Assembly (NCBI GenBank): GCA_016748015.1
Contig: JAAOMT010000021.1
Span: 10,995-68,564 of the forward strand
Direction of reading: 5' to 3'
DNA: 57,570 nucleotides
From: Geosiphon pyriformis uo1
Lineage: Eukaryota; Fungi; Glomeromycota
Shown here in pieces: positions 25,758 to 39,145 of the stretch. The notes beneath the pieces are model-generated. The model ran no database searches, was not told the DNA's origin, and worked only from the letters and a program-made list of their open reading frames with translations. The translations under genes and the position numbers were made by a program. Positions within the stretch are counted from its first letter, which is position 1; every line of letters starts with the position of its first letter.

Positions 25758-26720
25758 ATGTTAAAACCGCAAACTAGTAATACAATAGGTCTCGCCCTTT
25801 GCATATGGTTGACTTTAAGGAGATTAAAGTAAGCCGCTACAAATTTTAACCAATTTTGAATTTTATCTAATTTTAATCTTTACTATTAGCCGGCAATTCC
25901 CCGAAATACTAGGAAATACAAACAATACTTTATCAAACGTTTATGAAATTTCTTCCCCAAAATATTCAAGATGGAGCCTTGAAGAAAGTAAAGCCCTTCT
26001 TGAGGCATATAAAATTTTCGGCTCAAAATGGAAATTAATTTCACAAAAGCACTTTCCATTAAGAACAGCTAAATCTCTCAAATGTAAATGGCATGACTTA
26101 AAAGCTAATGGAGAAATTATTAATCAGAAACATACCGTAAAGTCAAAAAAGTGGACGTCGGAAGAGGATAAAGAGTTGTACATAGCTGTTATACGACAAT
26201 CATTCAATAAAAAGATTGATTGGAAAACTATTTTGTTAACTGGCCGTTTTCCTGGAAGAAATAGTAATGACTTATGCAGTCGGTATCGTCATGTTTTAGC
26301 GCAACCAAAACGTGGTCGATGGACCAAGGAAGAAGATGAAAAACTTTTGAATTTAGTGCAGAGCCATGGAAAAAAATGGAAAGAAATAAGTCATATTATT
26401 CAAAGGCCCACTCAGTTAATTCAAAAACATTACAATAACTACTTGGCACCTGGGATTAAAAGGAGTCGATGGGACAAACGAAGAGTTTCATCAATTAGTT
26501 AAGGGTCTTCAAGATCATGGTGAAAATTGGAAATACAGCGATTACTCCCAGGAAGATCCTCAGATCGTATAAGATACTATTGTCGTCATTCACCCAAAAT
26601 TCAAATAAAGGAAAAATGCAACCCAATAGCGATAAAGTTTAAACCAATCATTTAAAATGATAGAAAATTTTCATACGTGGAAAATTAATAAGATACGATT
26701 GATCAATAAATTTTTTTATT
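25758..26720 (+). pseudogene. Multi-repeat Myb gene, subfamily A, copy A1; intron 25829-25889; +1 frameshift at 26471-26473 truncates after repeat 3
   Basis: W-spaced Myb repeats (RWSLEE...KW...KW; KWTSEED; RWTKEEDEKL...KKW); paralogous to intact A2. Confidence 0.85.
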
Positions 26721-27967
26721 AGATTTCAAAAGTTTATAAGGAATGGGTCTTTTTTCTCAATAATACATTTATGTGCACCTATCCATTCACATTCAAAATT
26801 TATGACTTGTTCTAAGCTCTTCTTAACCAGCTGATTTAGATCTGCCAGTAAATTATTGACAGATTCTCAAAAAGGCGATAAGAGTATTTTTGTAAACTAT
26901 TGAAGAAAATAATTTTTTGGAGGCTTTATACTGTAGTTTTATCTATTATAATATTCAAGACCATATTTTAAGGATTTTTATTATTATATTAAAAACCATT
27001 TAATATCAATAAAGCAATCTAGGATTTGAATTGCTAGTAATATATGAGTTTTTCTAAAAACTTAATAGTTCTATGAACAATTAATAATTTTATTAAGTTA
27101 TCATTTCAATTTTAAATTTTAATCCGCCTTGAATGTTGTCCGAACTAAGTAGGCTCAAGCTTTGAAAAATATTAATAATGGAGATATTGGCTGACTAAAC
27201 CTAGATAATAAAACAGCCTATTGCTATAAAAATACTTAGAAATCAAAGAGCAATTTTCGATTATGAATTTGAACTCAAATTTTCAAAACAGCTAAGAGTT
27301 TGCAGGAAAATCCTTCGATAACATCGGCGACTTGGGAAAGTAGTCTCGCACATATAACGAAGGATTGTGCGTCTGCAGAGTGAAATCCACTGAAAGCCGA
27401 TCATGTTTTTCACTTGAGGTATTAGATATTACGAATCGTAAGATAAAAAATTAAACAACAGACCTTAAATGCTTCCATAGAATCTATCGACTCTCCCATA
27501 TTCATTGTCTTATCATCTACTTTCTTGTCTGAAAAGTCTTTTAAAGTTTTCTTAAATAACAAATGAAATACTGCGCACGAATTCTTCTAATTATTTTGAA
27601 GGCTGTTTTGACACTTTTGACATATGAGCTTCTAGACGAGTTTTTTTTAATTTCAAGGTTTTACTTGGTGTGATTCACATAATTTAACATTCGGAACTTT
27701 TTACTTAAAAATCCCATTGTACCTCCATTGAAAAAGCTCCAACTCAAATGGTGTATACAATAGTAGGACAGCACGTGAAGCCCTTGTAAAAAGTAAAATA
27801 CGCCATAATATTTCATTTCAAACATTTCTTTTTGAGATTTGACATGACACAAAATGGATATTGAAGGATCGATAATCTTGAAATTCAAAAATGTATTTAT
27901 TCATCATACACCCGATATTTTTCATTGTTTTAAAAGCTGTCAAATGCTACTATTAAAGCCAATTTGG

Positions 27968-30720
27968 GCAAAATATCTTTAAAAAAATCCAGTCCAATTC
28001 AATCAAATCTTTAAATTAAAAATTTATTATCTATTATAAAGATAGTAATTTCTTAAAATTTTTGACTTGGTTGGAAAGTTCAAAGCTAATAAATTCTTTT
28101 CTTACTTCAATTTTAGTATTTTATCGATATAAAAAAAATCATTTTGCCAGCATATTATAGTGGTTGCTTTTCAACCCTTAAAAATTATTAGAATATTTTC
28201 ATAATAACTAAATAAGTTTCAAAAGATTCAAATTATTTTGGACATTTTTATATAATCTTAAATTTAAATAGCTAAAATAAGATTATTGAATAAAAACTTA
28301 TTACTAGAATAATACCCAATTATCAATAGTAAGAAACTTTTAAAAAAATCTTTTACAAGCGTTTGGTTTTCCTATGAAATTTTTAAAGCATTAAAAATCA
28401 ATATTTATCCTCTTGATATTTTCGTATATAAGATGATCGAATTAATTCACTTTTATTATGTGCCCAGGCTCATCAGGAAAATTTGTTATATCATTCATAC
28501 TGTTGAAAATATCTTGAGAAACAAGATTTTTATTAAAAGAAGTTGATTTCATAATAATTAATACTTTAAGATTGTTTCAAGAATTTATAAATGCCAATAA
28601 ATTCTGCTACCGACATTTTAAAAGTCAGAAAGAATAGTAAAACTAATTTCAGTGCAATTGTATAATTAAAGGAAATTTTAAAAACCTTTTAAAGATAAAT
28701 TTTTAAATTTGTATTTTAGCAAAAGATATGTATATGGCTTAAAAGAATTGCATTTTTTACTGTAAAATTGAAAAATAGAAAAGTTCTTTTTAATTTCGAA
28801 CAGCATACCCTGGTAATGCAGTTTAATTATTCTTTGAAATATTAAATATTTTTCGTCAATGTTTCAATGTTTTTCTTATAGCTTATTATATCAAATACTA
28901 GAAAAAAAAGCATTAAAACTTCATACACTGTTTTTCACAAAATCTATACGGGTTATTTTGGCAGTTGGAGTGAGATTTCCGTTTGTTATAGGATTCCTTT
29001 CTCAGTTAGCTATTACATCTTTGATATGAGTAACATTTGTCAAATATTCATAATAAATGACACTAAATTTATTTCATAATGCTTTTAAAGTTTTGAAAAT
29101 ATCAATTACACAAGGTGGGTTTTCTGTGCAGTGTATTGTCAGTTTTTTTTACAAAAAATAAGTTCATTATACTTTTTATTTTCTTTTAGCATAGAAATAA
29201 GTATCATAAAATGTTAAGAGTATCGTAATTTTTATTGACATGGAACTGAACAATGTTAATAAACTCCTAAGCTTTGATCAATTTCTCTACTTCGATGTTT
29301 TTTGCGACTTGTTGTGCTGTGATCATTTACTTCTTTCAATTTTTTTCAAGCATGAGAAAAGACAGGTAATGTGATCCACACCACACATTTAGATAAGTTT
29401 AATGCATGTATATACACATTTCTTATAGTTCAAGAAATACAGATTCACGGCGGTATTTTAAACTTGTTTTCTGTCGCATCTTTTCATAACATTGTTGGGG
29501 ACTTCTTGTAGGTACAGCCTCCGAAATCTTTTGAAGATTTCTGCCAAATCTTTTGACTGCTTCACTTAAATCATGTATTTCTATATTATTCCATTTTCCA
29601 CTATTGAACTTCCTTTGAACTTTCGGGGAATTGTAATAATTTTTTTTAATAAATTCTAAAGGTCGCCCAGGTATTAATTCTTGAATTTCTTCCCAATTTT
29701 CATTGCACTGTCCCGCTTTCTCAGCCAATATTTTGAATTCCTCAGACGTCCAATAACCCATTTTACTCCCTGGTGCCAAGTAGCGGATATATTTCTGTCG
29801 TATGAGCTTAGGAGGCCTTTGAAGAATATGACTTATTTTTGTCCATTTTTTGCCATGTGTCTGAACTAAATTGCGCACTTGTTCATCTTCATTTTTAGTC
29901 CAGGGGCCACGTTTAGGTTCCGCTAAAACACCGTGATACCGACTCTTTAAACTGCTAGCACTTCTTTTGGGAAAACAGCCAGTTAAAAATATAGATTTCC
30001 AATTGATTTTACCATGGATCAAATGTTTTTTGACAGCCAATTGTAGCTCCTCATCCTCTTCAAGTGTCCAATTCTTTTCCTTTCTGGCTAATCTATCAAT
30101 AATACTCTCACCAGTTCTTAATCTATATAATTTATTTTGCAGTGCTAGGATTGTTCTTGATTGAAAATATTTCTGAGAAATCAACTTCCAATTTGAACCG
30201 TACTTCTTTTGTAGCTCAATGAGGGTGTTTTTTTCTTCGGAAGTCCAGTTCTGACGATGTCTTAACGCAGAAATTTTATGATCTTCTTGGCTAGTAACCA
30301 TCAGCTAATTCATAAGTGAATAAGATAACTTTTTTATTTATTGAATGCGGATTATTTGCAGTAGCTTACCTCCTTTTTATTTAAATTCAGTTTCATTAAA
30401 TTTAACCAAATACAAATAGTAAAACCTGTGGTATAATTAGAACGCAATTTGATTGTGACTTGCATAGTTTTGTGATTGAAAAAAAAATAAGTGATAAACA
30501 AATATTTTGAGTGCAAAATTCTTTATTTATATAGATGACCAATATGTAGATCAAGTTAGGGAAGATCAGAACTAATAAAGTAAGAAGAGATGGGAACTGA
30601 TATGCTAAAACATTAATTATATATTTATATTATAAATGTATTGTACTTAGTTTATTTTTGAATTTTCAGTTTAAAATATTGTTTTGTAATTCACTACCAA
30701 GTAAAAAAATCATTCAATTA
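27968..30720. repeat. Left arm of a ~2.5-2.7-kb inverted segmental duplication (partner ~47020-49488)
   Basis: B1 and its flanks match the reverse complement of B3 and its flanks, e.g. 28800-29460 vs 48260-48930. Confidence 0.9.
29423..30465 (-). CDS. Five-repeat Myb protein, subfamily B, copy B1 (intact, ~325 aa); exons 30465-30370, 30304-29423
   Basis: Repeats NWTSEE, NWTLEED, PWTKNED, YWTSEE, KWNNIE; upstream exon MQVTIKLRSNYTTGFTICIWLNLMKLNLNKKE is joined by an in-frame GT-AG intron. Confidence 0.9.
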
Positions 30721-32531
30721 AAAATCCAAGCTTTTTAATGGGTTAAACAATTTCAATTCGTCTCATTTTGTTTGTTTGTTCTTGTAATTTGATACAGTTA
30801 TTTTAATATTGTGAATTAAAAATTGTCACATCAAAATATCTTGTAAATTATTTAACTTTCATTATAAATCAAAAGCAGAAGTTAGAATTCGTGGTTATAT
30901 TACCAATCTGAAATTTTATTGCCCTTTCTATTCAAAAAAACAAATACTGCCGCAAAGAGACTACTGAGTAATATTATCTCTAAGTTTTTAGTTCAAAATT
31001 AATTACAACAAATTTGCATAAAATCCAGAACTCATTCATATAGTTGATGTTTAGTGTTTTTAGGCTTAATTTTTTTCTTAATGAATCGAAACTAGCCTTT
31101 TCAGAGATTAATGATTGGTTAAAATAATGCAAGAATTAAAAATTCAATTTTCCCAGTTTTAATGATATGTCTCAAACATCTTCTCGGTTTAAAATAATAC
31201 CAGCATGAAATTGCTAGCATTTTTTAATTATCAAAGATAAAAATTTTAAGACATATTGTAGTCATAATAATAGATTTCGATTTCACAAATTAAATAATAT
31301 ATTTGTGTATGAAGCGCAATCATTGTCTCCAGTATAAAAAGTGCCAAGAATGTCCCCTATTGTTCCCGCTCCCGAAAGCCCAATTACCTGCAATAGTAGC
31401 ATTTTTATAGCCTTAAAAACAATGGAAAACATCGGTATATGTGAAACTAAATGGATTTTTGAATTTCAAGAGCATCGATCCTTCAATCCCATTTTGAACT
31501 GATCCTACTAATAAATACACCGTTTGAGCTGGAGGTTTTTCAGTGGAGTTATAATTAATTTAGTATGGAATTAACCTTTTAAGCATTAGGTTCCGAATTT
31601 TCAGTTATCTAACATAAATTTTCGGCACTATGATGGCCTAATCCTCGGCCTTGACAACTGGATGTTGCCGGAAACAATAATAGGCTAAGAACATTTTCTG
31701 AAAAGTTTTTATATAATCTTTTTCTCTTAACATTGGTCATATCTGATATCTAAAACGGTTGGATGACGATTAAATCAAACTCACGAGTAAAAATAGGATT
31801 GCATTTCTGTGGATTTCACTTTGCAGACACACAATCCTTCGTTGTATATGTGAGAGTCGCTGAGGAAAATTTTAGTTGATTTGGAATTTATAATCGAAAA
31901 TTGCTTCACTAACTGCTATTTTCGATGGAGAATAATTTTGAACATGAGAGTTTAATTACTTAAACTTCCTTTCAGGATGATTAGGCAAGAAGCTTTGCCA
32001 TACTTTAAATAAAGTTTTTCGATTCCCAAATATTTTTATAGCAATAGGCTGTTCTATTACCTAGCTTTAATCAGCTAATATCTCCAATATTAATATCTGA
32101 GTTTATGGTGGTTTCAAATTTTGAAATTAATTATTTAACAAGTTCCTTAGTAAATTTATTGATTGTTAGATAGAATTGAGTTTTTCAAAAAACTCATAAA
32201 TCGCTATAAAATGTTTTTTAATATGGTAAGAATAGAAACCCTTTGGAACATGTTCTTAAATTTGTATCTCTCTTAGGAATCTTTTAATAAAGTAAAAAAA
32301 AAGGTTCTGAATATATTTTTAGGTTTTTTCTTCAATAAAAGGATAAAAGTACTTTACGAAGCCTACCTTTTCAGAATTTGTCATTAATTTACTGGCAATG
32401 AGATAAAAATTTGAAACATTTATGTTATGGATCTAAATCAGCTGGCTATGAAGAGCTTAGAATGAATTTTGAATATGAACAGATGAGTCTATATATTATT
32501 AAGAGTATTTGAAAAAAAAGATCCATTCCTA

Positions 32532-33427
32532 TTAAATTTTAGAAAATTTATTGATCAAATCAGAGTCTTTTATCTCTACTGAATTCCATTTTCCCCTTAT
32601 TTGAATTTTGGGTGAATAACGACAATGGTTTCTTATATGATCTAAGGATCTTCCTGGGAGTAATCGCTGTATTTGTTCCCAATTCTCACCATGAACTTGA
32701 AAAGCCTTAGCTAATTGCTGAAACTCTTCGTTTGTCCATCGACTCCTTTTAATCCCAGGTGCCAAGTAGTTATTGTAATGTGATTGAATTGAGCGAGGGA
32801 GTCTTTGAATAATATGACTTATTTCTGTCCATTTTTTTCCATGGCTCTGCACTAAATTCAAAAGTTTTTCATCTTCTTCCTTGGTCCATCGACCACGTTT
32901 TGGTTGCGCTAAAACATGACGATACCGATCGAATAAGTCATTACTATTTCTTCCAGGAAAACGTCCATTTAACAAAATAGTTTTCCAATCAATCTTTTTA
33001 TTGAATGATTGTCGTATAACAGCTATGTACAACTCTTTATCCTCTTCCGGTGTCCACTTTTTTGAATTTAGGGTAAGTTTCTGATTGATAGTTCCTCCAT
33101 TAGCTGTTAATCTATACCATTTATTTTTGACAGATTTAGCTGTTCTTAATGGAAATTGCTTTTGTGAAATTAATTCCCATTTTGAACCGAAAATTTTATA
33201 TGCCTCAAGAAGGGCTTTAGTTTCTTCAAGGCTCCATCTTTGATTAACTCTTGATAAAATAGTGTTTATATTATCTAGTATTTTGGGAAACTGCCGGCTA
33301 ATAGTAAAGATAAAATCAGATGAATTCGAAATTGGTTAAGATTTTTAGCGACTTACTTTAGTTTCCTTAAAGTCAACCATACGCAAAGGGCGAGACCTAT
33401 TGTGTTACTGGTTTGCGGTTTTAACAT
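32532..33427 (-). CDS. Multi-repeat Myb protein, subfamily A, copy A2 (intact, ~278 aa); exons 33427-33357, 33297-32532
   Basis: MLKPQTSNTIGLALCVWLTLRKLN|RQFP...RWSLEE, KWTPEED, RWTKEED, RWTNEE and a partial fifth repeat KWNSVE; frame open throughout. Confidence 0.88.
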
Positions 33428-33641
33428 AAGATTATTGTAACTCAAGAGATTGGAAACTATTTTTTTTTCTAATCTCTGTTTATAGCTGTAAACATGTCGC
33501 CGATCATCTTGATTTGCTAAAAACAAATAAATCCTTTGTTCTCTGTCAACGCCAGCTGCAGTGATCCTTTCCAAGCTAATAATTAATCATCTTCAATAAA
33601 ACTTATAAAAAAAATTTCGTCGCTTTTGATCAATTCATTTA

Positions 33642-34970
33642 CAGTTTGGTTAGAAAAAAATTGGAAAAATATGAATCTACTAAGATTGCGTTTGGTTTAA
33701 CCATTTTTGGTAAGTTTTGTGATGGTAAAAATGGAAACAGAATATTAGATAAGTGGCTGAGCTCTAAAAAATTTTTTTGTGTATTAACTAATAGTTTTTT
33801 TTAAAACTTGTTTTTGAAATGCCGACTTCAAAGCAAGAAACGCAACGGCAAGTTGTATTACATTTTTGGAAGCAAGGAATACGAAAGGCGAAAGAAATAC
33901 AGAATAAAACGAATATACCCCTTTCTACAATCTATAATATCCTCGAAAAACTCAAAAAAAAAGGAACAATAAAGCATGCAGGTGGTAATGGTCGGCCAAG
34001 AAAGATTACGGGAAATGCTTCGAAAGTATTAGAGCAGATTATTCATAGAGATTCCTCAGTTTCGTCTAGATATTTAGCAATAAAGTTGGCTAAGAAGAGA
34101 ATAAATGTTTCTCATGTTACTATTCAAAACCATTTATCCAACCTTAATTATAAAAAAAGTCTTCCTAGAGCAACTCCAATCCTGACCAAAGAGCATAAGT
34201 GAAAACGTGTAGAATAGGCCAAAAAACACCTGAATGACGATTGAAAAAGAACAGTTTTTACTGACGAAACATCTTTTCAACTTTTTCAAAACACGGTAAA
34301 ACGTTGGCATAAAGGTACTCGACTAATTCGTCCTATGCCTAAAGATCGAACAAAAATTCTCGCGTGGGGGGGGGGGGGGGGGGGGGGGGGTNNNNNNNNN
34401 NNNNNNNNNNNGGGGGGGGGTGGTTTCTACGAAAAAGGAAAGACTAGTTTATTCTATTTCGTTCAAATAATGAATTTTCAATTTTATATAGATATTCTTC
34501 GTAACCACTTACCTGAAATTAGAGCAATGCTTGGGGATAATTGGCGATTCCAACAAGATAATGACCCCAAGCATACTAGCAAGCTTGCCAAAGAGTTTAT
34601 TGCTGAGAATACAACTGATTTGTTGGGGTGCCATCTAATAGTCCCGACTTAAACCCAATAGAAAACCTTTGGGCTATTGTTAAAAAGAATGTAGAAAAAA
34701 GAATGCCTCAAAATCGTAGTGAATTAGAGAGATTTATAGGGGAAGAGTGGCAAGATATTCCTGAATCTACCTTAATTGGGTTAGTAGGATCAATGAGGCA
34801 GCGTTGTGAAATGATAATTGAGACAAATGGTGAAAGAATTTCCTATTAATTTTTTTTAATAAAATTATATGGTATTTGATTTTCTAATAATAGTTGTTTT
34901 ATGTAATTTGATACATTAGTTAAGACATAGTAATTGTTTTTATATTTCCAATTTTTTTCTTACCAGACTG
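33642..34970 (+). mobile_element. Tc1/mariner (DD34E-type) DNA transposon with TIRs and TA target-site duplication
   Basis: Left end TA|cagtttggttagaaaaaaattggaaa, right end tttccaatttttttcttaccagactg|TA; an empty paralogous site with a single TA occurs at 25484-25485. Confidence 0.95.
33819..34849 (+). pseudogene. Tc1-like transposase with in-frame stops and a frameshift
   Basis: HTH and GRPRK linker, VFTDETSF (D), FQQDNDPKH (D), PSNSPDLNPIENLW (E); stops at about 34200, 34215 and 34242. Confidence 0.92.
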
Positions 34971-35899
34971 TATGATGAAGATTAGTTTACTTAAATGAAT
35001 AAAATTTATTGAGCAAAAATATTCCATATTGAACTTTAAATAAAACCTTGATCTAGCAGTTTAGCAATCTACATAAAATAAACTTTCAAGGGGAATAATA
35101 AAGAATTTTTCTGTAAAGATGTTTTGATAGATATAAGTTTTAATATGTTTATGTGAATAATATTCCTCTTTTCATCTCAAGTTTAAAAGTTTCTTATTTT
35201 TACTCGAGGGTTCAATTATTTAAAGCCGTACTTCTTACAAACTTCAATTTAGAATTTTTAAATGCTAAAATTTCTCTCCATTCTCCCAATATCTTTTAAA
35301 TTTAAATTTATTTTTCACTGAGTGGAAATTTCAATAAAAAGAATCATTTTTTAGCTTTAATAGAGCAAGATTTCACTTAATTTTATCATAATTATTCATA
35401 TTGTTAACGTTAAAGAACAAAATTTTCTTAAGCAACAACAAATAAGAATATGATGGAATTTGAAAGATAATTTATGGTTTTTCATAGAAAGAAATATTTA
35501 GCCTAAAAAATTACTAGCTTAAGATAATACCAGAAATAGACTTTAATAAATCATTTTTATTATTATTGAGATTTATTTAGAATGGTTGAAAATTTATTTC
35601 ATTATTGAAATAAAATTACTAGGATATTTAAAAATTTTAGTTCATTAATTAGCTTGAATAGGGTCGGTTAAAATCACATATTTTCTTGTAAGCACATTAC
35701 ATCGTTTCAATTTAAGCAAAATTAAAGCTATTAGCATTTTAATTGCTCTGAATTTTGTAGTACTCCATACTTCCTAAGGAGTCACTCACCTAATAACGAA
35801 AATATAAAGGGAGATTTCATATATGTCTACAAGTGGCTGCTGGAGAAATGTAGAATTTATCTAAAAATTTTCGGTTTATTAAAATTAAATTTTTATCTA

Positions 35900-36300
35900 G
35901 TTTAGATTTTAGAAAACTTTATTATGTTAATTTTGAAAATAATTTCTTAGGCCGCAGTCTCTCGAAGAAGGTAGTAAAAATTTATGAATGCGGTATTAGA
36001 TATATTATTAAAAGGGCTACCAGCTTTAAATCACACTCCAAAAATCATTTGATACCTAGAGTTAATGGAGCCGATTGACAGACAAAGAGTTAAATCATAG
36101 TGAGGATCGGGGATCAAATACTGCAATGCCAGAAAGATCTTTTGTTGAATAAAGAAAATGGTACTTTATCGAAACAAAGTATAAATCTACTAAATTTGTA
36201 ATGCAGAAAGTAAAATTCAGTCGAGATAAAAATTTAACTCAAGATATGTAAAAAATACGGCGAAATATGGAAATAATTTCAGAGGCAGTAAATACAATAA
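35900..36300 (+). pseudogene. Degraded Myb remnant (third lineage, C1)
   Basis: Fragments resembling HSED..DQI, NSVEIK and KKYG..MEIISEAVNT; paralogous to 42900-43230. Confidence 0.55.
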
Positions 36301-37589
36301 ATTACTAAATTTCATAACTTTTTTAAATGGTTTACAGAATTTTTTTTCACTACACATTTATATTTCTTTTGACAAATTTTATGAAAAAACTTAAAAAATA
36401 AGTTTTTATATCAATAGAAATCTGATGATTCTTTCTATAGTACATTTATTTAATTTGATATTATTGGCTGTATTAAATCATCTACTTTTGGGTTTAGATA
36501 ATTAAATAAATCTCTTGTTTTTGTGTACAGCTCTTGGGTAAAAAATATGCTCTTGTAAGCGATTATTTATTTAAAAGAGTTGTAGAAGGCATCATCGGTT
36601 TTTATGCGTAAAGCCTTAATGTAAAAAAAATATTCAGGATTTTTGATTATCTTTTAATATAAAATAAGAAATCACAGTTAATTCCAATTAGCAAATAAAA
36701 GGCTTCGATCTTTTTATGTAATATATATTTTTTATTTAATTTTCAAAAATACTTTTGATCAAAACTAGTTTTATCAATTTTTGCTTTTAAAAAATTATTA
36801 TTAATTGATTTGGTTTTTTATAAGTTTAAACTTTGAAGTTGTCTAAAAGATTATAAGCTTAAAAATGGCAAAATCTTACAATACAAACAACAAACACTAG
36901 TATTAAAATAAATGATCTCTTTAGTATAAAGAATTTCAGAATTTATGCTATTAATCGACTATTTTAGAAATTTCAAAAATGATTAATCAAAGCTCATTAT
37001 TGATATTATTTTTAATCATTGGTTTCAAAATTTATTTAACAAGAAATAATGAGAGCCCGGTTAAAATTTGAATGATACTTTGAAAATATTTTCTCAAAAA
37101 TATTATAGAAATTAAAGTGGACTAAAAAGAATATTGCTTATTTAAATTTTTTCAACCTTTTGAATTCAATTTCTATGAATTTAGATTCTTTTAAAAAAAA
37201 TCTGAAACTTCCAGGCATAAAATTACAAATTAGCAAGCAACATAAGATTAATGGAACTTATAATTCGTATTCATTTTTTATTTTTGTTTCTAAAATAAGA
37301 AACCCAAATGAGAAACAATTTATATCTATTATTCGGAGTTCATTTTTTTGTCTATTTTTATTCAGATCTAGAAATATATGTCAAAAAATTGCTTACAAAA
37401 ATATCTTTCACAAAATTCAGGTTCCAATAAATTATTTTTATTAGATTTATTTAAACTTAAATGTTTTAACTAAACTCCCTCATTATTAGAAGAGTTGTTT
37501 ATCTTTCATCTCGGCTCTTCTATCCCAATTTAATTCTATCCAATCTCCCTTATAAAAAGATCAAAAAAGCCCATACTTTATAAGAATTT

Positions 37590-38585
37590 TTACTTGTTTC
37601 CATGCATCCTTCGATAACATTTTTGAAGACTTTTCGTAGTTACAGCCTCTGAAAGCTTTTGAAAATTTCTACCAAATCTTTTGACTGCTTCACTTAAATC
37701 ATGTATTTCTATATCATTCCATTTTCCACTATTGAACTTCCTTTGAACTTTTGACGAATTATAATAAATTCTTTTAATATCCCTTAAAAATCGCCCGGGT
37801 ATTAATTCCTGAATTTCGTTCCAATTTTCATTCAACTTTCCCGCCTCCTCGGCTAATATTTTGAATTTCTCAGGTGTTCAACGACCAATTTTGCTCACTG
37901 GTGCCAAGTAGCGGATATAGTGGATTCGTATGAGCGCAAAGGGCCCCTGAAGAATATGACTTATTTTCGACCATTTTTTGTCATGTGTCTAAACTAAATT
38001 GCTCAGTTTTTCATATTCATCGTTAATCCATGGCCCACGTTTCGGTTCCGTTAAATGATCGTAATATCGACTTGTTAAACTTTTAACACTTCTTTTAGGG
38101 AAACAGCCTGTTAAAAATATAGATTTCCAATCGATCCTACCATGGATTAAATTTTTTTTGACCGCTAATTGCAGCTTCTTATCCTCTTTAAGTGTCCATC
38201 TCGGCACCTGTCCGGTTAATCTATCATCAATAATACTTTCGCCAGTTTTTAAGCTATAAAATTTATTTTTCAGAGCTTGGATCGTTCTTGATTGAAAATA
38301 TTTCTGAGAAATCAGCTTCCAGTTTGAACCGTACTTCAATGAGGTTTTTTTTTTCTTCCGAAGTCCAGTTCTGACGATGTCTTAACCCAGAAATTTTATG
38401 ACCACCTTGGCTAGTAACCATCAGCTAATTCATAAGGAAATAAGAGAACTTTTCTATTTATTGAAAGCGGATTATTTGCATTAGCTTACCTCCTTTTTAC
38501 TTAAATTCAGTTTCATTAAATTAGACCAAATACAAATAGTAAAACTTATGATATAATTAGAATGTAATTTGGTCATAACTTACAT
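37590..38585 (-). pseudogene. Myb subfamily B copy B2, pseudogene
   Basis: ATG followed directly by TAA (CAA in B1), a deletion near 38340, and stops at 37989 and ~37880; otherwise colinear with B1. Confidence 0.9.
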
Positions 38586-39145
38586 ATTTTTGTGATTGAA
38601 AAAAAATAAAAGGGATAAGCCAATGTTTTCATTGCAAAATTCTTTATTTTATATTGATGATCAACGTGTCGATCAAAAAAATTATGAAAAAACAAAAGTA
38701 TTCAATTATATTCTAGCACGATAGATAAAAAATAACAGTTGATATTTAAACTTGAATAAGATTCGCAATTTTTTCCTTATTAAAAATGAAGCTATATAGT
38801 GATTGTAAATTTTAAATGTATACCATTTTATTTATTAACCAGTGTTTGAAAAGATTAATCTTATCAAAAATATTGCTTTGAAAAATCAATTGATAATATT
38901 AAAAATTAACTTTTGCAAATCTATGTTTTTTCGATAATTAATTTTTTTTGTTTTGAATAATTAATATTAAAATATTTTAAAATATTCAGTGCTTATTAAA
39001 TTTATTGTAGCTAAAGTATAGATTTTATATAACTTTTTGCTAGATTTGGCTAAAAGGTTTAAATTAATTTTAAGCAATTTAATAAATATAACATATTTAT
39101 TCAATTATATTTCATAAAAAAAATAAAATTGCTAATTGTTAATTA

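Noticed and set aside
33428-33574. Extended N-terminus MERITAAGVDREQ... for subfamily A Myb genes
   Set aside because: It starts at TTG and is disrupted by indels in A1 and A4; the ATG at 33427 is the more conservative start, although the longer frame is open in A2 and A3.
34366-34420. Poly-G / poly-Gly tract or G-quadruplex in the transposase
   Set aside because: It flanks an N gap where Tc1 transposases have a short WGG motif; most likely a sequencing or gap-filling artefact.
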